DNA of 20,000 bases from contig LXFE01000152.1 of assembly GCA_001929475.1 (NCBI GenBank), forward strand, positions 51,728 to 71,727. The letters run 5' to 3'. The position numbers were made by a program, and so were the translations under genes. The notes under the pieces are model-generated. The model was not told the origin of the DNA and ran no database searches. It worked only from the letters and a program-made list of their open reading frames with translations. The DNA is from Neolecta irregularis DAH-3. Its lineage: Eukaryota. This document shows, one piece after another, positions 11,244 to 19,979 of this stretch. The stretch's first letter is position 1. The number at the start of each line of letters is the position of its first letter.

Positions 11244-11414
11244 AACCCGTCATCGTTCTCCTTTTAATCGTCATCTTATCCTCTTAACCGTCACTTCAAC
11301 TTCCATCTTCGTAACACCAATTTATCCTCTTTCACCGTCATTTCATCCTATTTTCACTTCAACTTACCTCTTACTCGTCATCTTATCCACTTTTACGTCA
11401 ACTCATCCTCTTTC
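11244..11414. repeat. Degenerate ~20-bp pyrimidine-rich tandem repeat (consensus ~ t a/c CGTCAtcttATCCTCTt)
   Basis: CGTCA at 11248, 11269, 11289, 11336, 11376, 11396 (spacings 21, 20, 47, 40, 20). Recurrent ATCCTCTT and CACTTCAACTT. Confidence 0.7.
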
Positions 11415-11512
11415 AAACTTTCTTTCACCTCAAACTGGCCTCCTTCCTGCATCCCGTCTTTGTATTCGGGCACTGGTCCCATGTCATTCTCAGCAATAAA
11501 GCCTGGTACAAG

Positions 11513-12603
11513 ATGGTGATGCAGGCCATCTCCAATCTATTGCCTATAGCCATATGGATGGCCATATACATCAACGCTCCAGCCATACCGGCCCACTGGA
11601 GACCCCAAATCAACGTCGCCATCATGGACCGCTGGGACCAATCGACATTTGACTACAAGCCAGGCATCATTATACTCGTACTCTCTCTATTTGCATTAGG
11701 GTATATGCTCACCTATGAAAATCCAAAACTAACCATGAGATATATTTTCTCCTTTTCTTTCTCAAAAAGTTTATTCATCTCTATAATCCCCGTTATCCTA
11801 AACATACAATTCTCTTTTTCCCACAAAATCTACCCATTTCTCGACATCCTCGCTTTTCTCCCATATACAATAATCCATGTTACTTCTCCGTTTCTAGCCT
11901 CGTCTTGGCTCTGGTTATTCGCTCCTGCCGGCAAGAATGCACCCTTTGTCCGTATTATAATGTGTAGGTACAGTAGGGTCGTTTGTCTGGGCGTTTGGTT
12001 GCCAAAGCATAGCAGGACTATTCACCCATCTCGTATTTCCAAATGCAGCTCCATGTAAAATCTACGTTTGAAACGCAGAGGAGTTCAATTTTAGGGTACG
12101 AGGATGTATATAAACGACCGGCTCCAGTTGCTACTTACTCTATGCCTGGCAATCCTGCTGGTTTACAACGAATCGATTTAATCTTGGGAACACAGTTTTG
12201 TGGGATCAAGTTCAATGGGTCGCCGGTAGTTTTTGGTGCCTTTCCTTCTTTACATTCTGCTTTCGCTTGTCTCATTTGGTATTTCATGCAACGATATTCA
12301 GTGAAGGCTAAAGTTGGCGTTGGATTGTACGTTTGTTGGCAGTGGTGGGCAACGATGTATCTGCGCCATCATTGGCGAATAGATTTGCTGGCTGGAGCTG
12401 GTTATTCTACTATCGTTTATTTTGCTTGTCACAAGCAGCTATTGAAAGTTGAACGGGCAGATGAACCTTGTGCATGGGACCGCTTAAAGCAGGTGTGGTC
12501 TTCAGGCAGATTGCAGGGCACAAAGAATCAATCAAGCAAATCTCCCACTCTTTCTATTACGCTTGATTGGTCTAAAGAATGGAGTCGCTGGATTTTTCAG
12601 TAA
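11513..12603 (+). CDS. IPT1: Inositolphosphotransferase of the Aur1/Ipt1 (PAP2-like) family, most like Ipt1 (M(IP)2C synthase); ~324 aa from this ATG
   Basis: Introns 11701-11739 (CTAAC, GAG acceptor), 11931-11967 (GC-AG) and 12055-12094 give FAPAGTVGSFVWAFGCQSIAGLFTHLVFPNAAPWY. Catalytic motifs SPVVFGAFPSLHSA and WWATMYLRHHWRIDL. The family is secure; the Ipt1-versus-Aur1 call rests on remembered signatures (HHWRxDL, QxIAGxxTHL, VILNI). Confidence 0.72.
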
Positions 12604-12729
12604 ATTACTTTATTTCTAATGTAAAACATAAAAGAACTCGAAATTTAATTTTGATTTTGCAATGACAAACAGGCAAATATCTAACAAGATCTTCAGTGCT
12701 AAATACAATTTTCTTCATACTTTTTCACT

Positions 12730-15226
12730 TCAACGAGATGTTCCATTTGGATATTCGCTTCTTGCGGAAGGTGACCCAACTTCAGCTTCACCTAGTCGAT
12801 TCCGTTTGTTCATCACAAGTGGAAATGGATAGTCTTCGGTATCTTCCGATTCAGGTAATCGATAGGAAATATAGTCGTCAGTATCTAAGCCTTGGAAACT
12901 TTCCTGCAGGCTTCCAATATCACCGGGTGTTGCTGGCATTCGGAACCGTGGACTCGCTGGGGCAGAAAGCGGGCGCGGGACTTTGGTAGTATTTCCTTCA
13001 AACGTCTCTTCAGGGTCCTCGGTGAAAGAGTTTGGATACGCTTTCTATTAGCAATAAACCATGATAACAAAACTACCTCGATGTAATGCCAACTGCCGAG
13101 CTTTAATGTACTCTAGACCCATACGTTTCCAATCGAGAAGATCAGAAAGTCTCTCAGTTCGATTCCGCTGATTAATGCGTTGACGTCGAGTTTTCTGCGT
13201 GAAATGAAACATGAAATCGGCAAGTTGGTTAACACTATCATCGATTCCCTTCATCCGTCGATCGACGATGTAAATTCCGTAATCGCTCGAGTTTTCGATC
13301 AACTCCTCCATATAACATCCAAATCCACTGAGATTGGTTGTGATGCTCGGAACTCCCATGACACAGCACTATAATCAACGTCTTGCGTGCGTGATTTTGT
13401 GTTCACCTCTGCTGGAGTATATCCCCATGGTTCGTAGTAACTAGGAAATACGCCCAAATGACATCCTCGAACAAAATCATCATAGTCAAGTGGAAGCACC
13501 GGATTTGTGGAATTGAGAAACTCTGGGTGAAAGACAATCTTGACACGATCACTCGAGTGATTAAATAGTTGAACTCTACGAATTTGATTGAGGATCGGGT
13601 CGTTGCTATCATCTGCCATATTGTGGGTAGTAACAGCGGGATATGCGGATCGACGAAGAGCAAAAACCCTTCGTTTTAGCAAATTCTTCTCTTGTGCTGT
13701 AAGGAGGTCAGCAATGTTGGGCACTTCTGTTCCTGGTTCACTGTTACATTAATTGCTTTGCCTATTATGTTGTTACCCAGTATAACGCGCAGCTTTCTCA
13801 AACAATCTTCGCCCGATCGCCTGCTGGATCTCTTCGACAGTTTCTTGGAGACTCTTCATTCGAGCCTGACCTTTTAGAGTTTCGATGGTGTAGTTGTGAG
13901 TGGCGGCGGGCATGATGATAAAAGCAACGACTGTGGTCTTGGTACAACTTACTTTCATGTGGTGATTAAGACCTAGGAATTAGTTGCCCTTTAGCAGTCC
14001 GCGTACGAGCCAATGATTCAATGAAGAAATCCACGCCTTTGTTTCGGTATTCATACCGACCGGCTGTGAAGAAGTATAATGTGTCATCCAGATCAAAATC
14101 GTAGTGACCGTAAAAGTGACCCCGAACGAATTCGGAAATCCGATCCTTGTTTTTAGCATGTAGATTTTGGAATTCGTGGACGGCTTGGAATTTATAGGCA
14201 TTGAGGCCATTGGGAAGGACCCCATCAGGTTTTCTTTTGAGGAGGTGTTCGCTTTCATAGGCGGTTATATGCGAGACAGTAGTAAATACGTCGGCGCTGT
14301 GGGCCGCAGCTCGTTCAATGCAATATCGATGATATATACCTCGTTTTCCGGCCTCATGATCGCAATCGAAGAACTGGAGATTGTTGTAGAAATCCACAGA
14401 TCCTGCGCATAAATATCGACCGAGTAAAGTTGCATGAGTTGTGAATATTGTAGTTACATCAATGCGGCGTTTTCGGCAAAGCGGGAGACCTACACCAGCA
14501 AGCCATTCGTGAAAATGGGCAATGACGGCTCTTGAAGTTTCGTGAGCAACGAACTGGATGGATTAATAAATGCCAGTTAAAGAAGCAAACCTCTCCGAGA
14601 AACCAGGCCACTAAATATCCAAAAACAATGGCTTCGTTCGTCTCTCCATCATTTGGGGGGCTTGGAATGCCAGTGGTCGACCATAAATCACCTTTCCATT
14701 CATCCAGATGGTTGTATGCACTACCAGTATCTAATAAGAGAACTTTCGGAGCACCGTCGATAAGCCATCGCCCATAAAGCCATCGGACCCCGCGATCCGA
14801 CATAGATTTGAGAGTAGCTTTTAGTTCTGGACAAGTGACAGGAAGTTCTTCTACTTCAACTGAAGAATGTTGAGAATGAGGACAAAGAAGATTTGAGAGT
14901 ACCTGCGGCAGACTTGTAGTCCAGCGGTCCGATAAGACAGTATCTATCGCGGTATTCAGACACAGTGACCGGAGCTTTTGATTTGATGACTGAATAAATT
15001 CCTCCGACTGGATGCGTGAGAAAAGTGTGGGGAAACGAAACAAACCCCTGTGGGCGACTTCGGTAGCGATTTCAAAGTAGAGGTGGTCGACGATATCTCT
15101 GTTGGACTCGGACATGTCTTCTTGCTCGAGGTGGAGATTGTCGATAGTAGGTGCTGAGGGAGAATCGCGCTGAGGCAGACACGTCGGTGACTCTGGAGAT
15201 GGTGGAACAATTTTTGGCGGCGCCAT
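12730..15226 (-). CDS. GSY1: Glycogen [starch] synthase, ~744 aa, 8 exons (alternative start ATG 15115)
   Basis: Motifs [109 protein letters not shown] and phospho-tail RPLSAPASP. Introns: 15008-15045, 14860-14902, 14554-14590, 13973-14006, 13741-13776, 13369-13406, 13041-13076. Confidence 0.97.
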
Positions 15227-15260
15227 GACGTTTACTTGGCGCCACTCTTATACTCAGGGA

Positions 15261-15405
15261 AATAAGCTATCGCGAAAGCGAAAGCAAGCTGGGTGTATGT
15301 TTTTAGGAATAAGTTATCGCAAAAGTGAAAGCAAGCTGGGTATCTGCTAGATTCAGTATTAGCTATCACGAACGCCAAAGCAAGCTGAGTGGATGATAGA
15401 TTCAA
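15261..15405. repeat. Three ~48-bp imperfect tandem repeats immediately upstream of glycogen synthase
   Basis: Units start at 15261, 15308 and 15357. Invariant core AAAGCAAGCTG at 15281, 15328, 15377, preceded by AG(C/T)TATC(G/A)C. Confidence 0.85.
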
Positions 15406-16683
15406 GACAGAACCAATAAACACCTGGCAAATCACAATTGGACCAGACGCGCTACTGTACCTGCTGACCGGGAATGGCCGGTGCAATCAAGACTATTCAC
15501 TGCAACAAAAGGAATTCCTGACAGCATATACCCCAATATTCACAAACAACGATCCATTTTCATTTACCATTTGCCTAGTCAGAGCAGCGGCGATGCCGCG
15601 GCTTGAAAGACGGAAACCCTGAAAATTTCGACGTCGAATTCACTTTCCTGCTTAGCGGCAGGCATCATAGTGGTTGTTCTAGTTTTGACAGATGCAGAAA
15701 TTGTGCCCTCAAAAATGGATTAGGTTTGAGTCACGTACATTTTCCTATATTGGTGTCAATGTTGCCGCTGAAAGCTTGACGGAAATCTTATAATCCCAGA
15801 GATATTCTCTAATTGAAGTACAGCAGCTGGCACAAGAATAAATCATTTATATTTTGCTTCAAGGGATAGCTTTAACTTGACCTGAAAAACGCTGCTTAAA
15901 GTTTCTAGGTTAGTCATATCAGGTCTTATGTTTCAACTTGATCCTGTCAAGGACAGGACTAACGCAAGAGCTCTCCCAATGAGATTTTTCTCTTTTTTGG
16001 ATTATAACACAGTCTTATGATGGATTAACACATCTCATTAAACCTGCAAGTATGCTTGGAATACAACTGTGGTCATGAGTTATTTGGCCACAGGAACTGT
16101 TTGGTCTAATCAGTCGTTAAAAGATTATCACCGATATCTTAGCTTTGCAGAAATATCTTGGCAATCCATCCATTACAATGTTACTCTGGGCTAAATTAAG
16201 GATTCATCATCCACCCTCAATATCAACTTTTGAAGATAATTTCACCAGTACAATTCCCTTGTCAAGCTCGTTTCTAGCACATTCGTCGAAAGATGTAGAA
16301 GATCCAATTTCGTCTGTCGCAAGGGAACGACTACTACAAGTCACGATATCGCTTTTCCTTATCGTCCCAATAGCCTTTATAAGTTTAATTGAGACTATTT
16401 ATGCATAAAAATAGTATTTTGTAGTTCTCTTCTTCTCGCTGATTGTGATCAACAGTGTTAAACATTACGGTCAAGTATGCTGTTTGGAAAAATATACAGC
16501 ATGTTTGGTTCTGAGAATGTGTAATGACACTGGAACCTAATATAAAACTTTTATGAAATTGCACTTCATTTTCCGCATGGTAATAGGTTTTTTCAAGAAT
16601 GTGAAAGTCAAGTGAAGTCGCTGCTCAATGCTAGAAACAAGTTAATATCATGAAAAGATTTAAACACCATGAAACAAGATTAT

Positions 16684-17733
16684 CTACAATCTCCTAGGTT
16701 TCTTTCCTCGACAACCACCAAACTTGATGGGAGTTTTATCCGTAATCATTATGACCTTCTCTTTCAGCCAACTGCCTTCAGGTCCCATGAGACATTTGAA
16801 CAATGCATCTTTCCCTTGACCAAACTCCTTAAATATGATTTCGAGTGTTCCGATCTTAATAATTGCGTGGCGTCTTTGAATCACATCAAAAAGCCGCATA
16901 ACAACTTGATGCGCTGCCTCAAAAGTTCCTCGCTGAGCTCCCTTGAATCCGACCTTTCCTGCAGTAGCCCGAATAACAGGGTTGTTATTTTGGTTGCATA
17001 ATGTCAAAACCGTATTATTCTTTTTGCATAATGCATGAAGATAATATGGATCCCCCACCCGTTTTAGGGGTTCGCTGATGTTGAAGGGTGTCGTCGTCGT
17101 AGCAGCGGATGCTTCCACCGGCGCGCTGGCTTTCTCAAGCGATTCGGAACCATCGCGTACTAACTCGCCGAAAACAGAAGCGACTTTTTGCTGCGGCTTC
17201 GCGGACATCTCGAGTTTCTCGGACAAACTGGGTCCCTGGGGTGGGTCGGACGGAGGTTTTTCTATATCTCTTCTACGAGCGCCTGTCGAAAAATGGTGTC
17301 CATTGCGATATTTCTCACTGTTGAAGGAATGGTTTTGATATGCCAAAACGTAGGTAGGAAGTGACCTATTCCCAGCCCTCGTCCCAATAGAGAAAAGGGG
17401 GGTGGCAAAATGCGAATTTGCTTTGCTTGAGGTATAACTTGAGAGAGAATTTCGGTGAGTGATCGAGAGGCGATTTTTAGATGCGAAAACATGAACGGGT
17501 ACATTGGTCTCTCCGCTTTTATCTGAGGTTCTCATTCTTTCCTGTTCCTTGAAAAACTGTTGCTGAATATTCCTTCTTGACTTTTCAAACTTGTGTGACG
17601 CTTTGTTGCCGGTATTCTTGCAAGTGAAAAAATTGTTGGACCATTGCATATTACGGCGACTACCAGGAACTGGTTTCCGGTTTGGAAACAAGGTATAAAG
17701 TCGGTGTAGTTTGCCCAGTACAGAAGCAACCAT
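16684..17733 (-). CDS. MRPS18: Mitochondrial small-subunit ribosomal protein uS11m (yeast Mrps18); start codon uncertain
   Basis: C-terminal S11 domain: YYLHALCKKNNTVLTL, ATAGKVGFKGAQRGTFEAAHQ, FKEFGQGKDA, ITDKTPIKFGGCRGKKPRRL. Basic, Ser-rich N-terminal extension compatible with mitochondrial targeting. Confidence 0.88.
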   Translation of the reverse strand: MVASVLGKLHRLYTLFPNRKPVPGSRRNMQWSNNFFTCKNTGNKASHKFEKSRRNIQQQFFKEQERMRTSDKSGETNVPVHVFASKNRLSITHRNSLSSYTSSKANSHFATPLFSIGTRAGNRSLPTYVLAYQNHSFNSEKYRNGHHFSTGARRRDIEKPPSDPPQGPSLSEKLEMSAKPQQKVASVFGELVRDGSESLEKASAPVEASAATTTTPFNISEPLKRVGDPYYLHALCKKNNTVLTLCNQNNNPVIRATAGKVGFKGAQRGTFEAAHQVVMRLFDVIQRRHAIIKIGTLEIIFKEFGQGKDALFKCLMGPEGSWLKEKVIMITDKTPIKFGGCRGKKPRRL

Positions 17734-17883
17734 ACTGAGTGGGATTTTTTGAAGTCTGGTTTAATTGATGTTGGATTCGCAAGTCACGTTTAGCAAGGAT
17801 AGTCACAACCAAGGATCATATCCATGTCAATTTCTTATAAAATGACAATAGCATAGCTTTGTGTATATGTTGAAGTATGTCTC

Positions 17884-19121
17884 CTAGGCATTTCCCGGAT
17901 TGTGATCATCATTCTGAGTCTCGTCTTCTTCAATTTGTGAGCTGCGACCTGCGCCCCCGCCAAATTGTCGGGCCCTAAGAGATTAAGACATTAAAAGATA
18001 CAAATTACATATTGGCGACCATTGGATTGTTGAGCAAATCATTCATGTTTAGGTTTCCGTTTCTAATGGATTCTGCCCTTGACCATCAACACAAATATAA
18101 ATAGAGTTTATACATTTGAGTCATTCTTGGATCATTCATCAAGCCCTGTACACCTCCTGATTGCATGAACTGCTTAGCCATATTCATGAGCACTATCAGA
18201 TTAGCAATAATTTAGGATTTGGTGTTATGTACTTGGGTTATTCATGATGCTCGCAAAGTCTAGTCCACCATTCGCTCCTCCATCGCCTTCCATAGAGTCA
18301 AGCATTCCACCCAGGTCTGGAAGGCCTCCAGTACTATTAGGAGAAGCTGCAAATCTTGATTCGCTTTCTTCAGCCTTCCTCTTTGCTGTTTCGTAGCCTT
18401 TTCGCAAAAATTCGTTAGTGGGGTCAACGTTCTTTCCCTTTTCGTAAGCCTCAAGAGCCCCCTGGTAATTTTGTAGTGAAAATCTAGCTAGGCCAAGACG
18501 AGACCATGCCTTGCCATAGTTTGGGTCGATCTCAAGAGCATTCAAAGCGTCCTTCTCAGCCAATTCATGTTGTTCATTTTGAGAATAGGCTGCTGCCCGA
18601 TTTGAGAGGTAGACTTGGTTATCTGGAACGAGGTGATGTGCTTTTGAGAAATAGTTTATAGCTGCAGAGTAATCTTTTCGTGCTAACGCTTCGTTGCCTT
18701 GCCTTTTTAATGCTTCGGCTTCCTTTTTAGCGTCTTCGTTAGAACCAGAGCTTTCTGTAGATGGTGTAGGTTGCTTTACGTTAAAATCTGACCTAGATGA
18801 CGAATACCATTTTTTCTTGTGTCTTCTCAAACATTTTGAATAAACTCAACAGTGATTGCGAACCCATGCCCATTTCTTCACGTTCGCTATCCTTGAGGCT
18901 GCTTACACCAAATACCTCTGAGATACATTGTGCTAGGTAGTAAGCAAATGGTCTGCCTATGCGAAGAGTTGTACCAGCAACTTCAACGCTTTCTTTATCA
19001 TCAGGCGAAACATTGGTAGATTGAAGATGTTCAACGATTGCAAGGGCGAGACGCCTTTGCGAGGGATCGATTTTAGCGGACTTGGCGATAAGACATTTTA
19101 TGAAAACGTGAAGGTTACCAT
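17884..19121 (-). CDS. SGT2: Small glutamine-rich TPR co-chaperone Sgt2 (GET pathway), 337 aa, 7 exons
   Basis: N-terminal dimerisation domain (RLALAIVEHL..DDKESVEVAAQCISEVF), three TPRs (AEALKRQGN, YLSNRAAAYS, YGKAWSRLG) and a C-terminal STI1/DP region (MNNPMLMNMAKQFM, MNDP). Introns: 19081-19118, 18933-18974, 18774-18807, 18193-18232, 18078-18113, 17975-18008. Confidence 0.93.
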
Positions 19122-19237
19122 TGACTTTCGTATACTCGTTTAAATTGGTGGTTGATAAGGCGAGACAAAACTAAAGGGGCGCATCTTCGAAGATGGCACA
19201 ACACATTAACCCACCATCCAACCAACAATACTCTCGT

Positions 19238-19245
19238 TGTGACTG
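19238..19245 (-). promoter_or_regulatory. Homol D box (CAGTCACA) ~120 bp upstream of the SGT2 ATG
   Basis: TGTGACTG on + equals CAGTCACA on -, an exact match to the fission-yeast Homol D core promoter element. Confidence 0.35.
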
Positions 19246-19553
19246 TACTACCCAAGTTTCTCTATCGCTCCAATATTAATAGTTGAAACAGGATTCCTTC
19301 GAATGTATGACATTCATTAATGACGATTATTCGGGGAGTTAGTAAAGTTTATGCTTGAAGCTAGCTGCACCTAAGGGCCTCAACATGGCTAAAGACTACA
19401 AGGCTGGATGCTCAGTAGATCAGCTCAAAAGTAATGTTCAACACCACTTTAAGAAATATAGTCCCAGTAAAAATTGGAATGCTGTAACACAGTTAATGCT
19501 ACGATTATCTCACTATGCGATCGCAATGCCTATAACTCCAATAAAACAGATAC

Positions 19554-19979
19554 CTATGCCTTTGTCCAATAGAGCAACTTCTCCATATTCTTCAAACGCA
19601 ATTTCTCATGTCCCAACTGTTTTTTCCCAAAACCTTGCAGAGCAACTCTTGCTCGCATTTCATGGGTCTCGTTGAACTCGGCTAAATCCGTTGAAAGTGA
19701 GGCCTTCGCATGACGCAACTCACTGCCGACGCGAAAGCAATTCTTCTCGGCTTCTGCAAGATGAAGCAACGAGTCCGGGTGTGACAGCCTTTGGGTCACT
19801 GAAAGTAGCGGCCACCCGCTGGGTCTGCGAATTGTAGCAGTATGCCGTTCAATAGCTTGCGTGTAACTTTTGTGAAGGGCAAGAAGTTCGTTGGGTGCGT
19901 CAAGAGCTTCTAGCATTCCAGAAAAACACGACAAAAGAACTCTTGTCCCATCAATAAATTGTGTCAACGTGGAAGGCTC
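19554..19979 (-). CDS. Last exon of a gene running off the right edge; helical C-terminus resembling fungal PX-domain/Vps5-like BAR proteins
   Basis: Branch point CTAAT and AAG acceptor at 19980, then 142 codons to TAG. GWPL...ELRHAKASLSTDLAEFNETHE...EKLRLKNM resembles a BAR-type C-terminus (from memory). Confidence 0.55.
   Translation of the reverse strand, partial: EPSTLTQFIDGTRVLLSCFSGMLEALDAPNELLALHKSYTQAIERHTATIRRPSGWPLLSVTQRLSHPDSLLHLAEAEKNCFRVGSELRHAKASLSTDLAEFNETHEMRARVALQGFGKKQLGHEKLRLKNMEKLLYWTKA

Noticed and set aside
11230..11499. 89-aa hydrophobic ORF after SEC13
   Set aside because: A by-product of the pyrimidine-rich repeat, and it begins at a non-ATG codon overlapping the SEC13 stop.
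15261..15405. Repeat-plus-variable-tail pattern resembling a CRISPR array
   Set aside because: Eukaryotic context, only three degenerate units, tails of units 2 and 3 share TAGATTCA, and no cas genes; it is an ordinary tandem duplication.
19355..19675. 106-aa + strand ORF
   Set aside because: Non-ATG start, overlaps the 3' end of the minus-strand gene, and has no recognisable motif.
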